The translations under genes and the position numbers were made by a program. Below, one piece after another: positions 48,508 to 56,727 of a stretch of 64,000 nt of DNA. The DNA lies in IMG/VR virus record IMGVR_UViG_3300013132_000023, positions 64,001 through 128,000 of that record. One strand, 5' to 3'. Source of the DNA: a virus. How positions within the stretch are numbered: position 1 is the first letter of the stretch; each line of letters begins with the position of its first letter. The notes beneath the pieces were generated by a model that did not search any database, was not told where the DNA came from, and worked only from the letters and a program-made list of their open reading frames with translations.

Positions 48508-48955
48508 TTGGGAAGATACTCGTGTTCGTCCACTCGTGTTCGTCCAAGTGTGGTTGGTAGTCGCTAATGTGACGTTCGATAACACTCAAGGGGACGTTAT
48601 GCTTGTTGCGACCAAGCAAGACATTAGCGTTCCAAGGACGTGGAGTGCAAATCATTTCGGTCTTGTAACCCAATTCACCAGCAAGCTTAAAATAGGGCTC
48701 CATTTCCCAATGCTTGATGAAAGTATTTGACACAATCACAAGCGGTACGCCATTTTCCATTTGCGTACGAACTTGCTCCTGATTCCAGGCGTGTGCCCTA
48801 GGGAGTTTCTTGGGATCAAACGAGTAGCCGTCTTGAGTCATGAAATACTGATCCGTTTCATGAACACTAGAACGAACACCGTCTCTTTGTCCCAGGTGAC
48901 GTGCAATCGTACTCTTACCGGAACCGCTTGGGCCTCTCAAAAGAATCAGTTTCAT
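48500..48955 (-). CDS. AAA_33 P-loop kinase (polynucleotide-kinase-like)
   Basis: LRGPSGSGKST, E.DQYF, AH.W.Q, VSNTF...WE, HNVP. Confidence 0.8.
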   Translation of the reverse strand: MKLILLRGPSGSGKSTIARHLGQRDGVRSSVHETDQYFMTQDGYSFDPKKLPRAHAWNQEQVRTQMENGVPLVIVSNTFIKHWEMEPYFKLAGELGYKTEMICTPRPWNANVLLGRNKHNVPLSVIERHISDYQPHLDEHEWTNTSIFPNE

Positions 48956-48963
48956 CTGTTGCT

Positions 48964-48991
48964 AGTATAGCACGATCCACAAGCCGGTCAA
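48964..48991 (-). promoter_or_regulatory. sigma70-like promoter, near-leaderless
   Basis: TTGACC-N16-TATACT, 8 nt before ATG 48955. Confidence 0.65.
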
Positions 48992-48993
48992 GC

Positions 48994-49100
48994 AAAAACT
49001 CGTCTCTCCGAGAAGTCACGCCTAAATCTTATTTGGGAGTACGGCTACTCCTGATAGGCTCGTTAGCCTTCTACACCCTGGCGTTCGGATAGAACTCGCG
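48994..49100 (-). ncRNA. candidate ~105-nt multibranch structured RNA / complex terminator
   Basis: nested TCCGA/TCGGA and ACGCC/GGCGT enclosing AGGCT/AGCCT and GGAGTA/TACTCC hairpins, then TTTTT. Confidence 0.45.
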
Positions 49101-49101
49101 A

Positions 49102-49527
49102 CTAGAAAAGCTTTCCGTCGTCTGAATCAGCGGTTCTAGGCTTGCTGCCCTTACTGCCAGCCTTCGTCATTTTTTCTTCTTGACCAGATTCTTCGGCACG
49201 TCCGTTGCCGCCACTAACGAACGAGAAGCCATCGAAAGTATTAAGGCGAACTTCCAGCTTCGAACGCTTTTCGCCAGTCTTCTTGTCTTCCCAGCGGTTC
49301 TGGGTCAATTGACCATTGACGATGATTTGCTTACCTTTCTTGAAATGTGCAGCGATGGTAGTAACTTGCTTACCAAACGCAACACAGTCTACAAAGGTCG
49401 TTGTTTCTTTGTCGCCAAACCCGTTGTTAATCGCAATGGTAAAACGAGCGACGTTATTTTCTTCTCCCATAATCTTGGGATCGTCAACGAGATTGCCCTG
49501 TAAGGCTACAACATTCAAATTACTCAT
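49102..49527 (-). CDS. ssb: single-stranded DNA-binding protein
   Basis: N.V.L.GNL..DP, F.IA.N, F.DCVAFG, KG....V.G.L.Q..W, acidic tail DSDDGKLF. Confidence 0.92.
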   Translation of the reverse strand: MSNLNVVALQGNLVDDPKIMGEENNVARFTIAINNGFGDKETTTFVDCVAFGKQVTTIAAHFKKGKQIIVNGQLTQNRWEDKKTGEKRSKLEVRLNTFDGFSFVSGGNGRAEESGQEEKMTKAGSKGSKPRTADSDDGKLF

Positions 49528-49555
49528 AGTATTTCCTTTTGTTTCGTTACTTGGT

Positions 49556-49921
49556 TCAAACGCCAGCAATGGCTCGTTTTTCAAAAATGACTTCTTGTAG
49601 AGCACTTTCACGAGTTAGGGTGCCTGCATCAATACGTTCCTTTTGTTCTTGGGAAACGCGGAAACGACGAGCTACGCCAACGGCAGCAGCCACGCGTTCT
49701 TCAAAATTCTCAAGCGTCAGGCCGTCTTCAAGATACACCGAGTCAGGAATTTCGGGACGACTACGCTTTTGAAGTTCTGCAAGTCCTCCGCGTTCCAAGA
49801 ACTCCTGGAAAGCTTGTTCGCGAGTTAGTGTTCCAGCGTCCATACGAGCCTTCTGCTCTTTTGAAATGCGGAATCGGAAGCCAGTACGTTCGGTGAAGTT
49901 GTTGAGTGTGAGATCGTTCAT
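49556..49921 (-). CDS. hypothetical protein with duplicated ~38-aa domain
   Basis: two copies of LTL.NF.ER...RFR.S.EQK.R.DAGTLTRE.A.QE. Confidence 0.7.
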   Translation of the reverse strand: MNDLTLNNFTERTGFRFRISKEQKARMDAGTLTREQAFQEFLERGGLAELQKRSRPEIPDSVYLEDGLTLENFEERVAAAVGVARRFRVSQEQKERIDAGTLTRESALQEVIFEKRAIAGV

Positions 49922-50063
49922 GATGCTTATGTTATGACGGGTTAGGTTTGTTATGTAAGGTGTTTTTTCTGAATTTCTGGTTGTCGTAAATTGTTGTTTT
50001 GTCCTAATTTAGAATCAGGGAAGGTATGCGTTCTGGACTTGACCTACACAGAACATTGGATGT

Positions 50064-50273
50064 TTATAGAGTTTCATTTGGATCGATTGTGAAAATCGCC
50101 TCCGGGCACTTTAGCGATTCGCTATCGTCACCCTCGTAGTAACAAACGCCATAATCAAGGCTGTAACTAATGGTGGCATTTGGGTGCTTTTTAACGATCT
50201 TTTGAAGACGTTCTATCAGATTTGATATCTTGCCTTCAAAGTCATAGGCAGTGTATGTTTCTAAACGTCCCAT
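50064..50273 (-). CDS. hypothetical protein
   Basis: 69-aa ORF coupled to upstream ligase. Confidence 0.55.
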   Translation of the reverse strand: MGRLETYTAYDFEGKISNLIERLQKIVKKHPNATISYSLDYGVCYYEGDDSESLKCPEAIFTIDPNETL

Positions 50274-51388
50274 TAGTGATACTCCGTTCCGTCCTTGCGA
50301 GTTAGATAGTCGGGCGAAATGATCTTGAAAACCATACGCTTAGGGTGCGGGTCTAGTTCTCCCTTGCTCCACGTCAATTCGTCGTACATAGGACGAACGA
50401 CAATCCCTTCTCGAATGTGTCCATCTTCAAGGGTGGTGTTTCCTTGTGCCATTTCTAGCAGTGTTTCGTATGACAACATGCCACCACTCAAGAACGGCAC
50501 AAGCGGCAATCTTACCTTATTGCAAATGTGAGTTAGTGCATGATGATTGAGGTATTCACCATTGATAGCAATGTCGAATACACGATATCCCTTCTTGTTC
50601 TTGGCCCCGTAGTGCAGGTCTTGGACACCAGCACCATAGATTTCGCCAAAAACGATTAGTGAGTTCAGTGGACAACCAGTTCCGCCCTCTGGATTTTCAA
50701 TTGCATCGATAGCCCACTCAAGTAGCTTATCAAGTGCTTCGGCGTGTAGCTCGAAAGGAAGACCGTAGACTCCACAGTCGTTAGGGTCACGTTGCGTACG
50801 ATGTGTACCTACAACCTTTTCAAGGTAATCACTCATGCCTCCGTTTTCAGGATCAGGAGTACGTACCCAGCCAACACGGCTATTTGTACCGTGGAGCTTT
50901 TCAGTGACAACCAACGGTATGCTGTAATTAAGAGCTTCTGGGAAGTTACGAAGATTCTGCATATCCGTGTAATGATGGAACAACGGATGCTCTCTTCGCA
51001 TTTGACCAGCAGACATACCTAAGGGCGGCGGGGGCGGTTCGTACTTTTCGATACCGTAGTGAGCAGCTAGGCTCGCACCCGGTTCGGCTCCGCTGTCGTT
51101 AGGAACGAGGAAACCAAAGCTTGCAATACTACGCAAACGAGCGGCCCGGACGCGTCCCATGTCACTGTCCTTCTTAAAGGACAGGTATTGAGTCACGCCC
51201 CACTTATCGGCCCAATCGCGGGGAACCATAACTTCCGGAGGAATGTGTACTACAATGTCTCCAACCTTGTAGTTACCTTTTCCAGACACAATGTCCCAGC
51301 CGCTTACGCGGCAGATTTCAAGACGATCAGCATTGGGATGCGGATTGATAGCGGTCACAACGACCGGAGTGATGATTAGTTCGCTCAT
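50273..51388 (-). CDS. RNA ligase, DRB0094/Rnl5-like family
   Basis: N-terminal HPNADRLE OB domain, TEKLHGTN, FGEIYG, FDI, REGIVVRP, FKIISPDYL. Confidence 0.88.
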   Translation of the reverse strand: MSELIITPVVVTAINPHPNADRLEICRVSGWDIVSGKGNYKVGDIVVHIPPEVMVPRDWADKWGVTQYLSFKKDSDMGRVRAARLRSIASFGFLVPNDSGAEPGASLAAHYGIEKYEPPPPPLGMSAGQMRREHPLFHHYTDMQNLRNFPEALNYSIPLVVTEKLHGTNSRVGWVRTPDPENGGMSDYLEKVVGTHRTQRDPNDCGVYGLPFELHAEALDKLLEWAIDAIENPEGGTGCPLNSLIVFGEIYGAGVQDLHYGAKNKKGYRVFDIAINGEYLNHHALTHICNKVRLPLVPFLSGGMLSYETLLEMAQGNTTLEDGHIREGIVVRPMYDELTWSKGELDPHPKRMVFKIISPDYLTRKDGTEYH

Positions 51389-51906
51389 AGCTTTACAATT
51401 CTGCGTTCGTGGAGTCTAAGTCCTTCAACGTATTTATTTACAAAGTCGCGTTGTTCTGGCGTACACGGTGACCCCCGAGGGTCGTTGTGAGTAGTCATGA
51501 TTGATCGATAACGTCTCTTAACGAACAACGGAATCTTGCGGTCTAGTCGCATCGTTGATCTGCGGTATGAACGTCTATCTTCTCGTGGTCGTCTTTTCCA
51601 GAAGTGCTTAGCTACTTCAATTGAAGAATAAAAGTCGCCATATGCACTTGAATCCATTGTTTCGCTGTGACCGATGGGAATATCACAATCGTAGAAAATG
51701 ATTCCCCTCTCGTATCCAGTTTCATCTTGAGGGGCGTCGTAGAACACCCACTTAGATTCGTGTATATCAGTTTCAGGACTTCTTCGATAAATGACGTACG
51801 AGTAGCCAGTAATCTTGGTTTCGATCAATACGCCACCAAGAACCATATGCCAAATCGGAGTCTCTAAAGGACAGATTTCTTGGCTTGTGTTGTACTTGGT
51901 CTGCAT
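51385..51906 (-). CDS. hypothetical protein
   Basis: 173-aa ORF after consensus promoter. Confidence 0.6.
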   Translation of the reverse strand: MQTKYNTSQEICPLETPIWHMVLGGVLIETKITGYSYVIYRRSPETDIHESKWVFYDAPQDETGYERGIIFYDCDIPIGHSETMDSSAYGDFYSSIEVAKHFWKRRPREDRRSYRRSTMRLDRKIPLFVKRRYRSIMTTHNDPRGSPCTPEQRDFVNKYVEGLRLHERRIVKL

Positions 51907-51914
51907 GTCTCTCT

Positions 51915-51943
51915 ATAATAACACAAGAAGCCGCTCTTGTCAA
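51915..51943 (-). promoter_or_regulatory. sigma70-like promoter
   Basis: TTGACA-N17-TATTAT, 8 nt before ATG 51906. Confidence 0.7.
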
Positions 51944-51991
51944 GATCACCAACAGAGAATTTGCGTTTTACGTTCATTGTTTTGTTTGTAT

Positions 51992-52068
51992 TGGTGCCCA
52001 GGGCGGGAGTCGAACCCGCAAAATCTACATTCTAAGCGTAGCACGTTTGCCAGTTACGTCACCTGGGC
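51992..52068 (-). tRNA. tRNA-Leu(TAG), short variable loop
   Basis: GCCCAGG/CCTGGGC acceptor, loop CTTAGAA, GGTTCGACTCC, encoded CCA. Confidence 0.9.
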
Positions 52069-52077
52069 ATAGTATGT

Positions 52078-52106
52078 ATTGTATCACATTGCATCAAGAC
52101 TGTCAA
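52078..52106 (-). promoter_or_regulatory. sigma70-like promoter
   Basis: TTGACA-N17-TACAAT just upstream of tRNA-Leu(TAG). Confidence 0.75.
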
Positions 52107-52426
52107 GTCAAGGTCTCGGCAAGTTTGTTTGCGGCTAGCCAGCCGCGAGTAGTTGGCTCAAAGCGAGCAAAAGGACTGAACATGTACTTGTTTTCTGCAA
52201 AATGAGGATCAATTGACACTTGTCTCTTTAATGCAGCCATTGTTACGTTACGGTACAATAGGATTTTCCTGCCTTCGTAAGTTGTACAGTTTGGATACCG
52301 TATTTCTACAACCAAATTACCATAAATTTCAACAAATCGTATGATTTCGTAATGGTATGGATGTGGTTGAGAATTAGAAGACTGTCGAGAATCGTATGAA
52401 CTCGACGACATTTTGAACATTCCCAT
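52103..52426 (-). CDS. hypothetical protein
   Basis: YP.C..YEG.KIL...DPHF....SP.ARF.PT..GW phage family pattern. Confidence 0.65.
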   Translation of the reverse strand: MGMFKMSSSSYDSRQSSNSQPHPYHYEIIRFVEIYGNLVVEIRYPNCTTYEGRKILLYRNVTMAALKRQVSIDPHFAENKYMFSPFARFEPTTRGWLAANKLAETLT

Positions 52427-52435
52427 GTTTTTATT

Positions 52436-52521
52436 TGGTAGCTTCGGTGGGAGTCGAACCCACACGCTGATTAGGCACCTGATTTTGAGTCAAGCGGGTC
52501 TGCCAATTCCCCCACGAAGCC
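52436..52521 (-). tRNA. tRNA-Leu(CAA)
   Basis: GGCTTCG/CGAAGCT, loop CTCAAAA, long variable arm, CCA. Confidence 0.92.
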
Positions 52522-52740
52522 ATTCTGTTCAAGCAATTCTTCGGTCCCATCAGGATGCTCCAAATAGGCAAACCAAATTTTGCATCCCATCCTATTGAAG
52601 TGTTCTCTATTCCTGCGATGTGCTTCACGAGCTTCTGCTTCTGTTTTGCGAATCATCGGGTCTCCAGTATCGCGAGACGTGAACGTGTTACGGTGAATAC
52701 CCCACTTTACAGTCCATACTTTGTTCGGATCAACCTTCAA
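52471..52740 (-). CDS. hypothetical protein, C-terminus runs into tRNA-Leu(CAA)
   Basis: TTG start after GAGGT; stop codon inside tRNA. Confidence 0.5.
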   Translation of the reverse strand: MKVDPNKVWTVKWGIHRNTFTSRDTGDPMIRKTEAEAREAHRRNREHFNRMGCKIWFAYLEHPDGTEELLEQNGFVGELADPLDSKSGA

Positions 52741-52768
52741 TCATACCTCGCACATTAGGGTTTGTCAA
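52740..52768 (-). promoter_or_regulatory. sigma70-like promoter
   Basis: TTGACA-N17-TATGAT. Confidence 0.65.
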
Positions 52769-53238
52769 CTCTTGGGCTCGTATTTACAGATGATTGCATC
52801 TGGAAAATACGTCTCTATGATCTTGGAATAAATATCCCAATTGCCGCCACCCAGACCACAGCCCATTTTGTATGGAAAGTAGAATTGTCCATTCCAATAC
52901 TTGGATTCTGGATTTCTCCTTCGTGAATTTACAATTCGTTCAAATGCAGTCACGGTCGCGTCGTAGCTCGTCATGCGTTTCGTCCTTGAAACGTCGCCCT
53001 GGCCAAAAACGTTGGCAATTCTGATGGTTGGCGAAGCATTGAACATCCATACCCTGCCAATCAATTGCTCTTGACTAGTATCATATATTTGACAGTATTC
53101 ACGGTACTTGATTTCAAGTTCGGGCCATTTAAGAGCGAAGCTCCTAGCGATGCCGCCCCCCATGATGCCTCGACAATTGACTTGATGAAATAGAATGCCC
53201 TCTTCGAGGGCGAGCATGTCTTGTTCAATAATCTTCAT
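52765..53238 (-). CDS. macro domain (ADP-ribose-processing) protein
   Basis: HQVNC.G.MGGGIA, ANVFGQ, FPYKMGCGLGGGNW. Confidence 0.85.
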   Translation of the reverse strand: MKIIEQDMLALEEGILFHQVNCRGIMGGGIARSFALKWPELEIKYREYCQIYDTSQEQLIGRVWMFNASPTIRIANVFGQGDVSRTKRMTSYDATVTAFERIVNSRRRNPESKYWNGQFYFPYKMGCGLGGGNWDIYSKIIETYFPDAIICKYEPKS

Positions 53239-53245
53239 TGTATTG

Positions 53246-53334
53246 TGGTCCGCTCGGCAGGATTCGAACCTGCGATGGTGATTACTCACTCCAGATTAAA
53301 AGTCTGGCCCCTTCGGCCTCTCGGACACGAGCGG
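53246..53334 (-). tRNA. tRNA-Lys(TTT) with long variable arm
   Basis: CCGCTCG/CGAGCGG, CCAGA-CTTTTAA-TCTGG, 17-nt variable region, CCA. Confidence 0.85.
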
Positions 53335-53354
53335 CGGTTACTCATTGTACACTA

Positions 53355-53383
53355 AGTATAACACGCCGTAGATGTGCTGTCAA
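53355..53383 (-). promoter_or_regulatory. sigma70-like promoter
   Basis: TTGACA-N17-TATACT. Confidence 0.75.
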
Positions 53384-53384
53384 G

Positions 53385-53460
53385 TGGTACTTCCACCAGG
53401 ATTCGAACCTGGACGATTCGCTTAGAAGGCGAAGATGCTGGTCCGTTACATCATGGAAGC
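53385..53460 (-). tRNA. tRNA-Arg(TCT)
   Basis: TTCGC-CTTCTAA-GCGAA, canonical T arm, CCA. Confidence 0.92.
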
Positions 53461-53554
53461 ATATTATTCATTATCGATTACTCTTTGAGCTTCGTCTGCA
53501 AGAGATTGAAGAAAGGCAATATTATTCTTGGCTTTTTCAAGAGAGACTAGTTGT

Positions 53555-53643
53555 TGGTGCATCCGCCAGGATTCGAACCTGGGTTGGGTTTTCACCGTCC
53601 GATTAAGAGTCGGATGCCTTCGGCCAACTCGGCACACGGATGC
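53555..53643 (-). tRNA. tRNA-Lys(CTT) with long variable arm
   Basis: GCATCCG/CGGATGC, TCCGA-CTCTTAA-TCGGA, 15-nt variable region, CCA. Confidence 0.85.
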
Positions 53644-53648
53644 GTGAA

Positions 53649-53725
53649 TGGTCGGGCGTGTTGGAATTGAACCAACCTAATGTCCTCCTTCCAAGGGAGG
53701 CGACCCTCCTTGAGTCCGACGCCCG
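53649..53725 (-). tRNA. tRNA-Pro(TGG)
   Basis: CGGGCGT/ACGCCCG, CCTCC-CTTGGAA-GGAGG, CCA. Confidence 0.88.
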
Positions 53726-53733
53726 TTTTATGT

Positions 53734-53809
53734 TGGTCCGCAGCGATGGTATCGAACCATCTGTCTCTCGGTTATCAGCCGAGTGCATATACCTTTATGC
53801 TTCCTGCGG
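53734..53809 (-). tRNA. tRNA-Ile(GAT)
   Basis: CTCGG-CTGATAA-CCGAG; G:G mismatch at 7:66; CCA. Confidence 0.85.
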
Positions 53810-53838
53810 AATGTTTTAATAGTTCCAAGATTCTTCTT

Positions 53839-54435
53839 CTAGCTTCTTGGTAACGTTGGCGGTGCAACGTATCGCACAAGAAACCGCTTTGATTTTGCAC
53901 GAGCAATGTACTTCTTGGGTAGCTTAAAATCACCGTTGTTACGAATTACATTAAGCATGATTGCACGCAAACGTTGCTCCGGTTCATCGTACCGACTTCC
54001 CCATTCACCGGCTTGTTGAAGAAGATGATGAATTGATTCATCGTCATTTGGATCCATAACACAACATTCAAACGCCGATTCCATGAGTGTCATGTTGCGT
54101 TCTCCAAAGTACTTCTCAACACGAGGCCATATGTCGTAGTCTTTTGTTACAATTTCATAAACAGAGCACTTGTTCTCGATATTCACGAGAGATACAAAAG
54201 CCGCACCAAGAGCACACACCTGACATGTAGTCTTCTTGTTCTTCTTGAAGAAATCCTTGAACGATCCTGCGATCGTCTCATCATATGCACTCATGTCATT
54301 GCGTAACCATGAGTTTAGTTCAGGAGAATCCACTTGGACATACGTTCCAGGCGTTGCCTTGTAACGATTAAAACGAATCTGAGCCAGAACATCCTGGGCG
54401 ATCTTCACACACATCCGACGATTTCGACGAGTCAT
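53839..54435 (-). CDS. hypothetical protein
   Basis: 198 aa; IA.DVLAQ, CQVCALGA.F, E.AFE, RL.AIM.N.I.N.G.F pattern. Confidence 0.65.
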   Translation of the reverse strand: MTRRNRRMCVKIAQDVLAQIRFNRYKATPGTYVQVDSPELNSWLRNDMSAYDETIAGSFKDFFKKNKKTTCQVCALGAAFVSLVNIENKCSVYEIVTKDYDIWPRVEKYFGERNMTLMESAFECCVMDPNDDESIHHLLQQAGEWGSRYDEPEQRLRAIMLNVIRNNGDFKLPKKYIARAKSKRFLVRYVAPPTLPRS

Positions 54436-54462
54436 ATTTGTTGTTATTGTTGTTGTTATTGT

Positions 54463-54549
54463 TGGCGGAAGGTTAGGGAATCGAACCCTAGAGGCTTTTT
54501 ACACCCAGCCGTTTTCAAGACGGTTTCCTCGACCTACCGGACACCTTCC
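54463..54549 (-). tRNA. tRNA-Ser(TGA)
   Basis: GGAAGGT/ACCTTCC, loop CTTGAAA, long arm, G73, CCA. Confidence 0.9.
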
Positions 54550-55001
54550 AAATTTTTCACATCTGCTGGAAAGAGATACTTAGTGAGAACTTCACCAATC
54601 CCACGATCCAGAATAACCGCGAGCAGCTTGTTATGGTCTCCCTCAAACGGGCCGCTCATGAGTTGATCATACCACTTATACCAGTGTTCGTCAAGAACAA
54701 TCTCGACTGGCTGTCCTGGAACGTGCTCGAAATAGTCGGCATCGGTTTTAGGGGCAGCACGCACCTGAATAGTAATTCCGCTTTTACGAGAAGACTGGTC
54801 TTTTACCGGGACGATCTTGTCAATCGGCGGCAGTATGCCAATCCCAAGTGCGTCGTTAATGCGTTCAAACAAAGCCTCAAGAGGCGTTAACCCCTTTGTC
54901 ATTTCTTCTTTCGTGCGTTTGAATCGCTTGGCTCCAGTTACGGTCTTGTAGCTTTCGAGACAAGTGATTTGCTTTGCTTGTTCTTGCGTAATGTCGTTCA
55001 T
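54534..55001 (-). CDS. hypothetical protein sharing the TG..RF..KE domain of 49556..49921
   Basis: ITCLESYKTVTGAKRFKRTKEEMTKGLTPLEALFE; stop inside tRNA-Ser(TGA). Confidence 0.6.
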   Translation of the reverse strand: MNDITQEQAKQITCLESYKTVTGAKRFKRTKEEMTKGLTPLEALFERINDALGIGILPPIDKIVPVKDQSSRKSGITIQVRAAPKTDADYFEHVPGQPVEIVLDEHWYKWYDQLMSGPFEGDHNKLLAVILDRGIGEVLTKYLFPADVKNLEGVR

Positions 55002-55579
55002 TAAAAACTCCATCCCAAATTGATCATATACATTTCGCAATCCAACTCAGGATTGATGATGAAAATGTCTACGTCTTGATTGAAGAAGTGGCGTCGATAT
55101 TCGACTCCCACAAAGATGTTGTCTGTAAAGAACCAAGACGTACCAAAATTGACATATGGTGCGTAAGCTTGACCACGATCTTGCGGAGTGCCAGCGTAAC
55201 TCAAATCTACCTGAGTTTCAAGTTCAAACGAAGACATACCGCCGCTTGCCGACACTTGCCACGAATCCGTGACCATCCAGTTCTTTCGCAAACCCAAATA
55301 CACTTCTTGAACAGTGGTCTTTGTGCTGTCTACGCGACGATTGATATACACATCGTCATTTGACACGTCCTGGCTTTGCATAAAACCGAACTCAGGTCCG
55401 AAGCCATCTTTTCCAGCTAGGTCAATACTGCCACCCAGCACGTTCGTTTGCTGGTCAGTTGATTCCCAATCGCCAGAATCTTGAAAATCGCGAACGCCAA
55501 CCCCGACCTTCGCGTTAGGGGCCATGCGGCAGCTAGTGACAAGCGTAGCAAAAGTCAGAACAGAGAGTAAGTGCTTCAT
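55001..55579 (-). CDS. outer-membrane beta-barrel protein
   Basis: signal peptide ending LVTSC, amphipathic strands, VGVEYR, terminal INLGWSF beta signal. Confidence 0.75.
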   Translation of the reverse strand: MKHLLSVLTFATLVTSCRMAPNAKVGVGVRDFQDSGDWESTDQQTNVLGGSIDLAGKDGFGPEFGFMQSQDVSNDDVYINRRVDSTKTTVQEVYLGLRKNWMVTDSWQVSASGGMSSFELETQVDLSYAGTPQDRGQAYAPYVNFGTSWFFTDNIFVGVEYRRHFFNQDVDIFIINPELDCEMYMINLGWSF

Positions 55580-55586
55580 ATGATCT

Positions 55587-55614
55587 ATTGTACCACACGT
55601 TTGTTCGTTGTCAA
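55587..55614 (-). promoter_or_regulatory. sigma70-like promoter, near-leaderless
   Basis: TTGACA-N16-TACAAT, 7 nt before ATG 55579. Confidence 0.7.
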
Positions 55615-55623
55615 GAAAAAGTT

Positions 55624-55715
55624 TGGCGGTAGGTGTAGGATTTGAACCTACGGAGGTTTTAAAGCCCCGCTTCTTTAGCAAAGAAGTGCCTTAGGCCAGA
55701 CTCAGCCAACCTACC
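55624..55715 (-). tRNA. tRNA-Ser(GCT)
   Basis: GGTAGGT/ACCTACC, CTTCT-TTGCTAA-AGAAG, long arm, CCA. Confidence 0.92.
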
Positions 55716-55720
55716 AATTA

Positions 55721-55795
55721 TGGAGCCCCGTGAAGGATTCGAACCTGGACAAAGAGATTCAAAATCTCTGGTGCTAGCCGTTACACTATACCGGA
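55721..55795 (-). pseudogene. chimeric tRNA-Gln(TTG) with a foreign 3' end
   Basis: 5' TCCGGTA and T-stem CCAGG do not pair with 3' CCTTC-ACGGGGC-TCCA. Confidence 0.75.
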
Positions 55796-56269
55796 AATAA
55801 TCAATTGTTTCTGTGTAGGCCATACGTATTCCATTGTAGGGTCTTCGATCCAATTAAATTGACCGTAATAGACAGGATCTTTGCGAAGCAAGTTTGCACG
55901 ATGTGAAGCATGAAGCTCAGACAATCCAATCCAAGGCGGCATTTCAATGTTTGAAGAAATTGGTCCTGGTCGCATGGTGTTCTCGTATCCGCGATTAATC
56001 CATTCCGCAATAGCTTCATTCATATACGAACGTAACGCTTCATTATATCCACGCCACATAACTGCTGCCGGGTGATTTAACCATCCTTTTTTCAAAGGAC
56101 TGTTTTTCATAAAACCTTGATCAATACGCCATTGACGTTCAGTCAAAGCCCATTCATCGCCATTTACAATCAACAGTTGAAATGCTTCAACACGTTGTTT
56201 GCCGAGACGACGATAATCTAAACACGAAAGAGACTTAGTAAAGTCTGAAAAAGGAAGAAATGTTTGCAT
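55781..56269 (-). CDS. pyrimidine-dimer glycosylase-like (MSMEG_6728 family) protein
   Basis: MQTFLP, LD..RLGKQRVEA, NHPA..MW.GY, HASHR.NLLRKD, Y.WP. Confidence 0.85.
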   Translation of the reverse strand: MQTFLPFSDFTKSLSCLDYRRLGKQRVEAFQLLIVNGDEWALTERQWRIDQGFMKNSPLKKGWLNHPAAVMWRGYNEALRSYMNEAIAEWINRGYENTMRPGPISSNIEMPPWIGLSELHASHRANLLRKDPVYYGQFNWIEDPTMEYVWPTQKQLIISGIV

Positions 56270-56270
56270 A

Positions 56271-56483
56271 TTACATCTTGGTGATGCAACGATCAACACC
56301 CGTCAAAAACAAGGCAAGAATAATCACTCCTAGAATGATTGCCACAGGAATCCAAAGCGGGGCGAGCACCCACAGCCAAGGCCAGTTAATAATGTTGCCA
56401 AGCTTGAGGCCGATGAAAAGAATGGCCAATAGGCCAGTAAAGCCAACACCGCCCGAGCGAACTTTGATTTTTTGATTAGACAT
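56271..56483 (-). CDS. small membrane protein
   Basis: GGVGFTGLL.ILFI.LKL...I.W.W.WVLAPLW. Confidence 0.75.
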   Translation of the reverse strand: MSNQKIKVRSGGVGFTGLLAILFIGLKLGNIINWPWLWVLAPLWIPVAIILGVIILALFLTGVDRCITKM

Positions 56484-56528
56484 TGGATTGTGTTTAGGTT
56501 GAGGTTCAAGTTTAGTAGTAACAACCAC

Positions 56529-56556
56529 AGTATATCATGTCTCCTGGAGTTGTCAA
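56529..56556 (-). promoter_or_regulatory. sigma70-like promoter
   Basis: TTGACA-N16-TATACT. Confidence 0.7.
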
Positions 56557-56570
56557 GTGAAAATTAACGT

Positions 56571-56645
56571 TGGCGGGCCTACGGGGAATCGAACCCCGAT
56601 CTTCTATTCGACAGACAGATATTCTAGCCTTTGAACTATAGGCCC
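56571..56645 (-). tRNA. tRNA-Asp(GTC)
   Basis: GGGCCTA/TAGGCCC, loop CTGTCGA, G73, CCA. Confidence 0.9.
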
Positions 56646-56652
56646 ATTGTTT

Positions 56653-56727
56653 TGGTGCCTCCCCCAGGTAACGCTCCTGAGCCTCCAGTATTTCAAGCTG
56701 GAATGCAGACTTCTACACCAGGGAGGC
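56653..56727 (-). tRNA. tRNA-Phe(GAA), atypical T loop
   Basis: GCCTCCC/GGGAGGC, loop TTGAAAT, T loop AGCGTTA, CCA. Confidence 0.78.

Noticed and set aside
54438-54462. (TTG/TTA)n microsatellite-like run
   Set aside because: A/C-rich unstructured trailer after tRNA-Ser; similar short runs follow other tRNAs here
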